NCBI RefSeq assembly: GCF_009914755.1
Contig: NC_060939.1
Origin: the human T2T-CHM13v2.0 reference genome, Homo sapiens
DNA: 64,000 nucleotides
Strand: one strand, 5' to 3'
Positions 1-16,871 of this stretch are shown in pieces. Made by a program: the position numbers and the translations under genes. The first letter of the stretch is position 1. Each line of letters opens with the position of its first letter. The notes under the pieces are model-generated. The model was not told the origin of the DNA and did not search any database. It was given only the letters and a program-made list of their open reading frames with translations.

Positions 1-910
1 TCAATCTACAGATGACTGAATCATTTACCAAAGCACTCAGACTTTAAATATAATTTATCAAATGTGTCTATATTTCTACGCATATAATTCATATAAAGAA
101 CATGTAGTTTAAATCATTGCACATTTTATACTTTTAATCAGTTGTGATGGTCATTAGTATTTTTATCACATTTCCCCAAAGGTAGGCTAATTACTGTTAT
201 TATTTTCAGCTAGAAATATAAAAGGTATTTTCTATTTTTGATGACTTTGAAACATAACCCTTGGAATATAATATCTATGTATAATATCTGTGGAAAGCAT
301 GAAGCTAATATTCAAACAGTATGCATTTTTTCCAGAATGAAAATTTCCTCTACAATAACATTCATCCTTTTTTCCTGATGGACACATAAAAGTCAACATT
401 TCTAACATTGCTGGACGTTATTTACATTAAACTTGCCTCAGCTTCAGTTGTTGCAGAAACTGGGCAAGAGGCCACAAGGTACAGAATATACACACACAAA
501 AAAAACTTGTATTATTATACTTACCTAAGTGTCTAAAGAGGTGGATAAATATATTAGATTGCTCCAGAACAAGGATTTTTATGGGGCCTATTGGAAAGCA
601 TGACTGCAGTTTGAGTGAGATGCCTGTAAGAGATTCAATTTGGCCACTATTTATTGAGTATCCAATTTTAAAAGTACTGACAGAAGGCCCATGAGATAGA
701 AATTTTCACCTGTCTACTGGAGATGTGCTACTGGATGCTGTAGTAAACAGTGGTGTGGTAATTGTAAAACACATCTGATATCTAAGCCTTTGTTTGTTTT
801 TTACCTGAAATCTTTATGGGGGTGATTGTGTATGTCAATTTGAATCTTCCCATCAACAAGATAAATAAATAAATAGCCAGCCTACCTCGATAAATTAGTT
901 CACCTTTTCG

Positions 911-1255
911 GCAGTGCTTCTCCTCCTTTGACAGCCACAAGATTCGCCCGGGGATCTCCTTAAAATGCAAAACCATAGACCACACTTTGACTAGCTTGGA
1001 TAAGGGGCCAGAGCATTGAAATGAGTGTGTAGGTGACTGTGCTAAGATTCTCCTGCTCATTTGGGAACTGGCTCACCATATAAATAAAGCTTAGGACCTC
1101 TAGTCCTTGCTGGAAAAGAAATACACATACATAGGATGTGACTGTGCATATGGAATATCTGTTGTGTTCTGGACATTGTGCTAGACAACAGAGATAAGGA
1201 GTCAAATAATCCCTTGTCTGTATCTGAAAAGAGCTTCCGACACAGTGGCTTCTGA
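911..1255 (+). repeat. Dispersed direct repeat, copy 1 (paralogous to 6084-6417)
   Basis: Shares blocks such as catagaccacactttgactagct and aagcttaggacctc...tgtgactgtgcatatggaat...cagtggcttctga with 6084-6417. Confidence 0.9.
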
Positions 1256-1494
1256 GGTCTTTGAAACGAGATTCACTTTCAGATTTGATTATTTTATTTA
1301 TGATTTGATATTTTCATTGAACCCCATGATATGATAAAGTTTTCCAGAACCTGCTAGAACAATTGACTTTGCTTTCAGCATTATGAAGCCACTGGGGCAT
1401 ATAAGTAGTTCATTTATGTTTCTATTTAACCAGACAGGAACAAGTTGAGCTACTTTTCTGGCCACCTTCGTTTAGACCTGTTTTTTTTAGTTAT

Positions 1495-1552
1495 TTTTGT
1501 TTGTTTGTTTTTGAAATGGGTCTCACTCTGTCACCTAGGCTGGAATGCAGTG
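1495..1552 (-). mobile_element. Alu 3'-end fragment, truncated
   Basis: ttttgtttgtttgtttttgaaatgggtctcactctgtcacctaggctggaatgcagtg is an antisense Alu tail and right-arm end; it stops abruptly. Confidence 0.85.
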
Positions 1553-1601
1553 ATTATACATATTTACTATTATTATACATAATAGTAAATATGTATAATC
1601 A
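1551..1601. repeat. Perfect AT-rich inverted repeat (23-bp stem, 5-nt loop)
   Basis: tgattatacatatttactattat (1551-1573) is the exact reverse complement of ataatagtaaatatgtataatca (1579-1601). Confidence 0.95.
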
Positions 1602-1640
1602 GAGTTTGAGGTTTTTTCAATGAAGGCATTTTCTTTGCAG

Positions 1641-3011
1641 AAAGAAATTTCAGAGCTTCCAAGACCACAAACTTAAAATAAGTAAAGAAGCAGTAAAATT
1701 CTTAAAAAGATGCAGAAAGATGGATTTTTGCATGAGACGATTCTGGACAGGTAGCTATTTATTTACTTATTTCCACTATTTTCAGTAGCCAATAGAAATG
1801 GCATATAGAAAACCTACATTCTCTTAAATTACTGTAGTTTTCACATTTTTGTCTTTATTTCTAATTTATGAGTGTGGCAATATTACCTAGAGAGGACATC
1901 ATGAGTTTGGGAAAAGACTTTCAAGAAAGAATATCTAAAAATTATAACCGATTCTAAGCATATACTTTAAGAAATTCAGGTTTTACTGTATCTACTTCGT
2001 AAATTTATCATTATCTTTTTATAACTATTAGAACCAGAGTTAGAAAGAAGCAGTTTGACTAATATAAAAATTATGTGGATTCTGTTAGAGTAGTTCAGGT
2101 TCCTTAAAATAAGCATAGATCAACTAAAAAACTAAGTATAAAAGCTAAACAAGTGAAATTGAAGCAGTTTTATTGTAAGATTTGGAAGACTGCAGGATGT
2201 TTATCATAGCACATTATTAATATTTATTACTATTCCTATGTAGATAAGTGATGTCCTAGATTTACAACATAGAAAAACAGGTAGAGACGTTTAGCTGTGA
2301 GTGTACAAGTATAAATCAATTAAGTGCCAGATTTTGATAATCACCAGCCGTTCATTCAAGTCCTATGTTGGAAAGTTACTCTTACCCTTTTTTTACATTA
2401 CTTGATAAAGGCAATGTTTAATTACATATTTCCTGTTAACTAGCTGGTAGAGTTCATACCTAAAGTCAGTAAATAACATTAAGAACTTTTTCCAGCTGAG
2501 CAAATGAGTATGTATCTAGTTGTAAGAAATCAAGAAGAGGATATAAAATATAATCAGGATGTGGAGTCTAAAATGGAATAAGCTCTATGTCCTGTAACTT
2601 TTTTCACTTGTAATAATACAGCATTCTCACCCTGTTAAATGGAAATTTAGAGCACCCTTAAATTCCAGAATAATTAAAATTGCTATTTGGATTGAAAAAG
2701 CCCTTAGGCAACATTTATTGAATATTAGGAAATAACTTTTATAAGATTAGAATCCATTTTTTATAGAAACCAAATTTAAAAGTATACATATTTTAATATA
2801 AGTGTTGTGGTAATACACTAACCAAAATTGAACACACAGTTTTAAAGCTTTTTATATTTAGTAGCTGTTGAATATATATGACGTTTTACATAGATTAATT
2901 TTACTATTTTTCTTTATTTAAACAAGAGAACCAAATTGAAAGCTGACAGATACTGCAAATGACTGGGATTTTTGTTTCTGCCTTATCTTTTTGTGTTTTT
3001 TTCTGAATAAA
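1641..3011 (+). pseudogene. FRG1: Unprocessed FRG1 pseudogene fragment, 3' half (exon 8 at 1641-1750, exon 9 at 2926-~3020)
   Basis: Exon 8 is flanked by ttgcag/gtag and translates KKFQSFQDHKLKISKE-[1-nt deletion ~1690]-SKILKKMQKDGFLHETILDR. Exon 9 reads RTKLKADRYCK-TGA (stop 2960-2962), matching the FRG1 C-terminus. AATAAA at 3006-3011. The exon 9 acceptor is AA instead of AG. Confidence 0.93.
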
Positions 3012-4062
3012 ATATTCAGAAGAAATGCTTTTACAGAGTTCTTGAGTTGTTGTGAACTTATTGTTTAGCTGGTAGCTAGTTTAACCAGGATTAAACAAGT
3101 TTAATCAGGATTCTTCATGGATGTACTTTTTAGCTAACTACAGTTTTTCACATGGAAATGAAACTTACAGTAAACACTTAACGTACCACAGAATTTTTTT
3201 CTGGATTTCTGGTCCTGAAGCATGAAGTGTACTAGAAACCAATTCTTCCTGCGCTACTTGTGGAATCTTTCTTACTGGATCATAATCTTACTTTACTTTA
3301 TACAATAGATGCTTAATTAGTGCCTTTAATAGGAAGTTAGAAACTCCCAATCCAATCAACAAGGCTTTGATTCTACCTCCTAAGTACTACCCAGATCACA
3401 GACAATCCAAATATCAGAACTAGGGGGCTGGGCAGAGAGGACAAATCATCTATTAGGGAGTGGGACAGAAAGTGGAAACATTACAAAGGAGCAAGTAGGC
3501 TCAGAACAGAGGGGAGAGTAATACTGGGGAAACTCCCTACTGAGGACAGGTTTGCCACAGTGGATATGTATGTGATGCTTTTGTCCTCATGGGCTGGAAT
3601 GGAAGCTGATAAAGAAGTTCAGACGCTACGTGTTGCTTAGGTCTGCTTTGTTGAAGCCTGTCTCTTTCAGGGTTCCTAAACACAATATTCCCGTGGCATC
3701 TAATCCCAGTGAGTGCTCCAAATCCAGGCTGTGTATCAGATGCCACGGGAAATTCTGCCTCAGGACTGAGGTTGGTTCAAGCATCTGGATGATGTCAAAA
3801 GTCCACGTTGTGTGCTGGCCTAACCTGAAAGACCCTATCTAGTTCTAGCCTTTAAATTCCTTCTGTCACCAAATCTAGAGTTACATGGCATCTGTACAAG
3901 CTAGGTAGCTGAGGCATGGGATCAGCTCTATAAAGGAGCTTTTGGAGCTTTTGTTGTAGGTCTAGCTCCAACTTGGCACTCCAGTTCCAATAGCTGGACT
4001 TTCTCTCATCGTGTGTTCTGATCCTTGGATTGGGAAAAAAGTAACCACTCTGATCTCACAAA

Positions 4063-4230
4063 GCAGTGGTTCCAGTTCCCAAATGGTGACTATTTTGCCT
4101 CCCAGGGGACATTTTCATTTTCACAACTGGAATACGGTCTTAGAGAGTAGAGGCTAGGGATGCTGCGAAGCATGTGGCAGAATCCTGTTCTGCCCAGAAT
4201 GCTAACAGTGCCAAGGTTATGGAGCCTTCC
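4063..4230. mobile_element. MER20-like hAT-Charlie DNA transposon relic
   Basis: cagtggtt...ttttgcctcccaggggacattt...gtagaggctagggatgctgc...aatgctaacagtgccaaggtt. Confidence 0.65.
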
Positions 4231-4289
4231 CACCCGAGGGCTTGGTCTATTCCTTGTTTTTGCCAGCTCCCTAACCCTTAAACACAACA

Positions 4290-4470
4290 GTTCAAATCTA
4301 TATGCATAAGCATCTCCTAGGGACCTGCATGTTTCCAATATTGACTACTGAGACCCATCCATAGAGATGCAGGCTTAGGAGGTCTAGGATTGGGCTCAAA
4401 ATATGCATTTTAACAAGTACTCCAGGTCATTCTGAAGCAAGTGATACAAACCACAGGATGAGGAACACCA
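4290..4470. mobile_element. MER5-like DNA transposon relic
   Basis: tgcattttaacaagtactccaggtcattctgaagc motif. Confidence 0.55.
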
Positions 4471-5885
4471 CCTTCAAGAGACTGAATCTTGCTTCCCAAC
4501 ACTAGCTTGGTATCTGAGACCATCTGCCTGCTGACTGGCTTTCCTGACACAAACATTCTGCATGTAGGCACAGTGTGTTCCTGGACTCCATGTCAACCCA
4601 TTCACCCTCATGTTCCCTTGGTTCCTGTCCCCAGTCCAGCAAGCAGAACTGATTACAGATCTTGACAACAGAAGATACAGATTTAAAATAACTTGCCTGT
4701 TCCCGTGGACTTTATCCACTAGTGAAGGAGGACAAGTGGACAAGGGGAGAGGGTAGGTGGGGGCTCCTTCCCTATTCCTCCCATTCCACTTTATACAAAC
4801 CCCAGCTAGACCACTGGGAGAGCAACGGGGGTTAAAAATGACTGCATCTAAATATTGTCATCTGGTTCACTCTTCTTCCATCTTGTACACAAGGATATCA
4901 TGAGTTTTGTTTAAATTACTGGGAATTTCATCTGCTCAGTGTTTGTTTTGTCTGCAGCCATTCCCAGAATTCTAGGGCAAGACTAGCTTCTTTGCCAACG
5001 GGGTGAACAGGAAGGAACCCAAGTAGGAATTGCCTTTTTAAAAAAATCCCTTCCTGCCCTCTTAATTACGTAATGCATGCATTTTTATAGCTTTTTTGCT
5101 CATTCCATTACCTGAGGTCAGCCACTGATATTTAACCCATCCTTAGCCTCGGAGGAGGGCAGAGGAGCACTCGTCATATTGATTTCGCTAGCGGTGACAT
5201 GATTTCCTCCTGTGCCACTCAAATTCTCTCCTTCTTTAACTTGATGCTCAGTAGGTTGTGTTTCACTCGTCTTTGCAGATTGTTAGGAAGATGAGAATCA
5301 GCTTTCATTTTTGATGTTGCCATAGAGAAGACTCCATGGTAATCTTTATTTGCACAATCAACTTTTTCTTTTCCCCAGAAATTGCAAATTCTTATGTAAG
5401 AGACAGCTTTCTGGAGTCTGCAAGCATAGATTATCGTCTCTCTTTTGATGGTAAATTTCTTATATCCTCACCAACAATAAAATACTTACATATAATTTTG
5501 GCATGTCATATTGATTGCCAACTACAAGTAAGAATATTCCTTGATTTTAAATCTAGATTAATTATGAAAATTTGAGTAGCCACAAAAAATTATTGTGTAC
5601 AAATTTATAGACCTCTTCTTAGGATTAAATGAGTTAATATTAACTAATATTTATTGTGTAGTTAAGGTATGGCAGAAGCTTCCTATGTACTATTTCACTT
5701 TATACTTAAAACAATATTCCATGCAAAATGCTATAATTTCCCTATACCTCCAATTTGCACATGATAAAACTGGGCCTCGTAAAGTTTTTACCCCAGAGTT
5801 CTCTGCTTAGTAAGAAGTAGAAGGAAGTCTAAACCTAAGTCATCTGATTTCAGAGCCCATATAGTTAAAATGTTCTAAATGCAGC

Positions 5886-6115
5886 TTCCCATGGTGATGG
5901 TGACTATGAGAGCCTGTCACATATGATGTAGGACCCCAGTGCTTCCCTGTAACATGTGCAAGATTCCCGTGATGTCGGTGACTATGAAAGCCTGTCATAT
6001 ACGATGTAGGACAGTGCTTCCCTGTAACATGCGCAAGATTCCCATGATGATGGTGACTATGAGCCTTTCACATATGATGTAGGACAGTGCTTCCTCTGTA
6101 ACATGCACAACATTC
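5886..6115 (+). repeat. Minisatellite, three copies of a 74-78 bp unit
   Basis: The unit ttccc[a/g]tg..g...ggtgactatga..gcct.tca.ata.gatgtaggac..agtgcttcc.tgtaacatg..caa occurs three times in tandem. Confidence 0.9.
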
Positions 6116-6417
6116 ACCCGTGGATCTTATTAAAATGGAAACTCATAGACCACACTTTGACTAGCTAAGATAGGAGCATTTAAATGGATGTCTTGGTGAC
6201 AGTGCTAAGATGCTACTGTTCATGTGGGCACTGGCTCGCCATATTAACGAAGCTTAGGACCTCCAGTCCTGGCTGGAAAAGAAATACAGATACATAGGAT
6301 GTGACTGTGCATATGGAATGTCTGTTGTGTTCTGGACATTGCACTAGACACTAGAGATAAAAAGTCAAATATCCCTTGCCTCTATCTGAAAGGAGCTTCC
6401 TACTCAGTGGCTTCTGA
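6084..6417 (+). repeat. Dispersed direct repeat, copy 2 (paralogous to 911-1255)
   Basis: Direct alignment to 911-1255. Confidence 0.9.
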
Positions 6418-6699
6418 CTGCAGTGTATATGTTCTCTTCTGTCCTGGGTGGGTGAGCTCTATCTCAATGTTGGTAACTGAACACTGCCCAATGGGTTTGA
6501 TGAGGGAGATCATAGCTAGCTGTGCTCCCACAAAGCTATGACCATATCATATCTTGTGATGCCATTTCCCCCTTGTCAGAAGGGTCCCTCCAGTATCATA
6601 CATGCTCCCCATGATTATAAATTCTTCCTCTTTGCACTAAATGTTCCTAAATCTTGCAAAGATAAAAACATAAACCACATTCTCGTCATATTAATTATA

Positions 6700-10413
<3,714 letters not shown>

Positions 10414-10419
10414 AGAAAT

Positions 10420-10625
10420 GTACATTTATGTACTTATGAATAAAATGATGTAAGATCTGTGATTTTACTTAAAATTTTCTAGGAAAAAACGTGTGTGAGG
10501 GTGTGTATGTAAATGAAACGAAATTGGCAAAATATTGATAATTAATGCTGGGGCCTGGGCACATGGGGGACTCATTATACCCTTCTATGTATGGATTAGT
10601 TTGGATATTTCCATAATAAAAAGGT
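10420..10625 (+). mobile_element. Old L1ME-type 3' fragment
   Basis: aaattggcaaaatattgataatt...gggggactcattatac...ttccataataaaaag resembles the L1ME 3' terminus. Confidence 0.55.
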
Positions 10626-10719
10626 TTTAAAGATTCAGTTAATTCCACTGCACAAAATTTTCTATTCAACTAAACATTTCATGCTTTTCATAATCCATTT
10701 TAAAATACATAAAATTTTA

Positions 10720-11420
10720 GCTAAAATGAAGTTGGACCCTTATCTAACACCAAATACAAAAAGTAACTTAAAATAGACCAAAGACCTAAATGTAAGAGCT
10801 AAAGTTAGAAAACTTTTAGAAGAAAATGGGAAAAGCTTCACGACAATGAATTTGGCAATGATTTCTTATATAGAACATCAAAGGCACAGGCAACAAAAGA
10901 AAACACAGACAAACTGGACTTCATCAGAATTAAAAACTTTTGTGCATCAAGAACCACTGTCAACAGAATAAAAGGCAACCCAGAGAATGGAGAAAATATG
11001 TGTAAACTACATACACTATAAGGAATTAATATCCAGACTATATAGAGAACTCCAAAAAGACAAATACCACAATTCAAAACTGGGCAAAGGATATATACGG
11101 ACATTGCTCCAAAGATGATATACAAATGGCCAATAAGCACTCGAAAAGACGCTCAACATCACTAGTCACTAGGGAAATATAAATCAAAACCATAATGCAA
11201 TACCACTTCACACCCATTAGAATGCTATTATTAAAATAAATAAAAAACAGAAATCAAGAAAACCAGAAAAACAAATGTTGGGCAGGATGTGGAGAAACTG
11301 AAACCCTGTGCAATGCTGGTGGGAAGGTAAAATGGTGCATGTATTTAAATGCCACTGAAGTGTACACGTAAAAATAGAAAACCTGGCAAATTCTATATTC
11401 TGTATATTTTACCTCCACAA
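10720..11420 (+). mobile_element. Old L1M (L1MB-like) ORF2 3'/3'UTR fragment
   Basis: gaagttggacccttatctaacacc...ccacttcacacccattagaatg...caatgctggtggg; degenerate ORF2 C-terminus. Confidence 0.75.
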
Positions 11421-12296
11421 ACACACGAAGCCAATGGAGAAAAAGAAAATTAATCAAAATAGACAATTAAAAAGAAATAAAACTAATAAGCAATTTAGAT
11501 GATTGAGTTATAGCTACAATTGTTTTCAGGAAAAGAAATAATGCTTTATTCAGAATCATTATCAACAGTGTTATGATTAGCAAGTCTTTCTTATAAATGT
11601 AATAGTTAATAATTTTAAATTAGTTTTATTTTGTATGTTCTATGCCACATTCACCAAGTACACTTAATATTAAATAAAATTATTTAAATATAATATCTCA
11701 TTAATGTTTTGCAAATGAAGAAGAAATTTCTGGCAGACAAGCTCCTCAAAATTTTCACACTCTGTCCAAGTAGGGAAATGATACAATAACGTTACTTATA
11801 ATATTGTCAACTGAAAAAGAAATTACTTTGAACAGATGCCAGTATTTCTTCTCAATGAGATTTCAAAGAATAAGAAAGCTAAACACAGTATTATCAAGAA
11901 TTAAATGTGAGCATTCTGCCTACTTTCTGCAAGTGGCCTACATTCAACCTTTGGAGGTATGCTTATACGTTTAACGACTAAAGTAACATAACATAATACT
12001 TAACAGTGCCACTCAGGGGTTTTAGCTGTGAAAAAGCAGTGGATCCTACGAACAGTGGGCACTGAAGTTGCCTGTCTCTATGTCAGGTTACAGTTCAAGC
12101 TGTGTATATGCTGCAGACGCCCGAGCTGAATTTAAGAGAATCCGCTCTAAAACATTACTTGCTATTTAGACACATGCTTAAAGTTATTTCCTTTTAAACC
12201 TTAGGCAGATGGTGAAATATTCCCGCTGTATTGTCTCACAATGCATAACAAAGCTTTTCACGTATTTTCAGATAGTTGAGAATGTTTCCATATGTC

Positions 12297-12601
12297 TGGC
12301 ATGCCTGTAATCCAGCACTTTGAGAGGTGGAAGCAGGACAATCACTTAAGCCCAGGAGTTCAAAATCAGCCTAGGCAACAAAAGGAGACCCCTATCTCTA
12401 CAAAAAAATTAAGAAATTAGCTGGGTATGGTGGTACAAGACTGTGGTCCCAGCTACTCGGGAGTTCGAGGTGAGAGGATTGCTTGAGCCTATGAGGTCGA
12501 GGGTGCACTGAGCCATGATCATGTCACTGCACTCCAGCCTGAGCAACAAAGCAACAGCCTGTCTCAAAAAAAAAAAAAAAAAACAAACAAACAAAAAAAA
12601 A
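12297..12601 (+). mobile_element. AluJ
   Basis: Dimeric Alu with ggattgcttgagcc and cacttaagcccagg J-type diagnostics, A-tail. Confidence 0.88.
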
Positions 12602-14133
12602 CCTGGCCCGATGCACCAGTGTCATGGCTGATAAGATACTCCCAGGGCACCCTCATTCTAGCATCAAGGCTGTGTGACAGCTCACCTCACCTTCTGACTA
12701 ACCCAGTGCTTCTGTGCTAAGGGCCCCCTTAAACCTCTACCTTCATTATATGCTTGGCACAAAGGAATGATATATCTTAGATTTGGAAATGGAATTTTCT
12801 TCCCCAATCTTACTGTAGTCTAAGTACCCTTCACAGACCTTCTATTAACCCATAGCTTACTCAGCTTTAGTTCCTGGGTAAATCAAATCTGTGTTTTGCA
12901 AACTACGATGTTGTAAGTTCAATTGCTTCTGAATCTAGCAGAGCTCAGTGAAACTCTTTGCTTACAGACATGCTCATTTTTATTAATGTCACACACAGTA
13001 TTCTCCATGTGAAAGACAGAATTTCTTTCATCCTATTTACCAATCCCTTCAGATCCTTGTGAGTAACCAACAGAACAGCTTTAAAAAATTAAAAGGGTTT
13101 TTTCTTTCCCTTCACAAATAGGCACATGCTTACTTATACAGCAAGTTTAGAAAATCCACAATGCAAAAGAAGGTGGAAGGACAAGGAGAAAAAGACGCAG
13201 AAGGACTTCCTCTTCCAGCCAAGATGGACTTGTCTTCCCACCATGACCAACGAGAAAACTGAAGCTGGATAGAATATTTGAGAAAACTGTTTTCGGGGAT
13301 TGGAACACAGGCAGAACAGGACTGTGATATTTGAGAACAAGAAAACACAGGAGGTAAATCACACACACACTTCTGTTTTCTGCCCAATGGCAGTTTCTCG
13401 ACCACACAGAGAGAGGTAGAGACCTCCAAAAATGAGACAATGTCACTGTCACTAAGCTGAGAGTCTTGCAGTGCTAACATGTTTGGAGTTTATAGAATAA
13501 GGTACTGGAGAAGAGGGAACTACATACAGGTGAGGCCTCAAAAGAGAATGCAAAAGTTCTCTGCAGGTCTGGGGCCAAGGGCTGGGGGGAGTGCATATAG
13601 CAGGCAGGCTCCACAAGGCCTCTGCAGAGTGGCTGGCACTTCTGAGGGCTGACTGGAGATGCCAGAGAGCACACAAATTTGGGACATAGCAGAGTGGAGA
13701 GAACTCATCAAGTATACCTAGAACATGTGGCTGAGGGCCATGAGGATGAACCTTTCCTAGAGTAAGAGTCACTGTCTAAGTCTACAGGCAAAAACCTAAT
13801 AAATAACCACAAACTAACAAAGGCCCAGGCTTGACAGGAGAAAAAGGGTGGTCAAATAATTTAACTAGGCATCAAGACATTTAACAGAAATAAAGGTTAA
13901 AATGTTATGAAAATGAAAGACTGAATTTATAAGGAAGACTTAACAATCCTAAATGCGTACACATGACAGCTTCAAAATACTTTAAGCAAAAACTGCTCAA
14001 GTAGACAGATCTAGAATTACAGCTGGAGATTTTAACATAACCCTCAATACATTGTAAGATGAGTAAAAAATCAGTAAGGACACAGAAGATGTGCATAGTC
14101 ACAAGCTCCACCAGTTGATCTAACTGACATCTA

Positions 14134-14444
<311 letters not shown>

Positions 14445-14853
14445 CAACCCTGAACCAACATCTACAGAATACACATTCTTTTCAAGTGTACATGGAAATT
14501 CACTAAGAATGTATGTTCTCCAACTATACTATAAATGAATTAGAAATCAGCAACAATAACATACCTTTAATATCTCTATGTAGTAGAAATTAAAAAACAA
14601 TACACTTTTAAATAAGTGTCCACGAAAAGAAAAATCACAAGGAAAACTAGATGATATTTTGAATGGAATGAAAATGAAAGCAAAATGTGTTGACTATAAC
14701 TAAAACTAACGTGGAATGAAGAGATCTAACTCTCTTCTTAAGAAGCAATAAAACAAGAGCAAAGTAAACTGAAAATAAGTTAAAGGGAGGAAAAAAAAGA
14801 CTGAAAATAAATGAAATAAAAAATGAAAAAAAGAGAAAATAAGTAATACTGAA

Positions 14854-15068
14854 ACAGGCTTGTCCAACCTGAGGGCCGCATGTGGCCCAGGCCAGGTTTG
14901 AATGCAGCCCAACACAAATTCATAAACTTTCTTGAAACGTTATGAGATTTTTTTCCTTTTTTTTTTTTTTGGCTCATCAGCTTATCGTTAATGTATTCTA
15001 TGTGTGGCCCAAGACAATTCTTCTCCTTCTGTTGTGGCCCAGGGAAGCTAAAAGAGTGAATACCTCTG
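14854..15068. mobile_element. MER30 (hAT-Charlie MITE)
   Basis: caggcttgtccaacc...tttgaatgcagcccaacacaaattc...gtggcccaagacaattcttc...ggcccagggaagc; a homologous copy lies at 46290-46503. Confidence 0.85.
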
Positions 15069-16871
15069 TACTAAAACATCATTAATGATCTAAAATAAGT
15101 GATCTTATAAAGAATTGATAAACCTCCAGCTAGACTGACTGATCCAGGAAAAAATAGAAAAAACACAAATTACCAATATGAAGAGACTGCAATACAGATT
15201 ACATTCTACAGACATTAAAAGGATATTAAAGGAATATTCTGAACAATTTTATGCCAATAAATCCAACAACTTGGATGAAATGAAATTTTCCTAAAAGACA
15301 CAAATTACCAAAACTGACAACAGAAAAATCTGAAAATATCTCTTAAAAAATCTTAATTCTCCCACAAAAAACTAAAACCAAACCAAACAAAACCCTCGAG
15401 GTTCAGATGACTTCACTGGTAAATCCTATCAAACATATAAAGAAGAAATCATACCTATCTTACACAGCTATTTCCAAAAACAGGGAAGGAGACAGCACTT
15501 CCCATCTAATTTTATGACACCCAATATCACCTTGACACCAAAATCAAAGACATTACAAGAAAAGGATACAAAAGTCCAATATCTCCATCAACACCAATAA
15601 TAGAAATCTTAAAAAAAAAAAAAGAAAAACCTAGAAATCAACTCTAGCAATATTCCAAAGGACAATGCACCACAGCCAAGTGGGGTTTATCTCAGGGATG
15701 TCAAGTTAGTTTAAAAGTTGAAATTGAAACCAATGTAATTCATTGGCAGAATGAAGAAAGTTGTATAATCATCTCAACAGATACAGAAACAGACATTTGA
15801 CAGCATTAAACATCGTTATGATAAAAACTGCCAAGAAACAAAATTTAAAAGGAATGTCCTCATTTTGATAAAGGTTTTCTCTGTAGATCGTACAGACATC
15901 ATACCATATGGTGGACTACTGAAAGCTTTCTGCCTAAGCTTGGAAACAATGCAATTGTGCCCATTCTCGTGACTTCTGTTCAACACTATGGAAGTCCTGG
16001 ACAGTATAATAAACCAATAAAAAGCAAGACAAGACATAAAGATTAGAAAGAAAGAAGTAAAGTGATAGTCACAGGAAACATAATTGCAAATTTCTTAGTT
16101 TTCTATATAAACAAACCACTAGAAGTAATAAGTGAAACAGACTTATCAGACTATAAAGTCACTATACAAAAATCAAGTGTATATCTACATACTGACAGCA
16201 AACAACTGGAAAGTCAAATTCAAAATTTCTACTGACAGTAATGTAAAATTATAAAATACTTAAGAATAAATTTTTAAACAGGCATGCAAGACTGCTACAT
16301 TGAAAATTATGAAATATTGAGGCCCAATATTAAGATGTTGATTCTCCCCCAAATGATCTGGACTCAATACAATTCTCCAAGAAAATCCAACAGGCTTCAC
16401 TGTAGAAATTAATAAACTAATAGTAAGTACAAAGTTGGAGGACACACACTACCTGATCTCAAGATTTCATTAAATTATAGCAATCAGGAGAAATATACCA
16501 AAAGAAAAACAGACAATCGATAGAACAGAGTCCAGAAATAGACCAATACATAGAAAGTTAATTGACTTTTTATGAAGATATGAAACTGGATTAATGGAAA
16601 AAGGAAACACCAGTGGTGCTGGCACAAATGGCTATCAAGATGTTAAAAAAAAAAAAAAGTAAATCTTGAAACCAAACTCACACCATGCCAAAAATTAATT
16701 TGAGATTAATGACAGATGTAATGTAAAAACTAAAACTATGATGCCTCTAAAATACAATGTAGAATATTTTCCTGACTTTGGGGTAAGCAAAGATCTCTTA
16801 GATCAAAGAGATAAGGCAGTAACCATAAAAGAAAAAAAATAAACTAAGCTTTATAAAAATTAAAAGCTTCT

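Noticed and set aside
336-478. Exon-like segment ttttccag...caag|gtacag
   Set aside because: Stops in all three frames and no recognisable protein; cannot be supported without a search
5886-6115. Repeat array considered as CRISPR-like
   Set aside because: Contiguous tandem units without unique spacers, no cas genes, primate DNA
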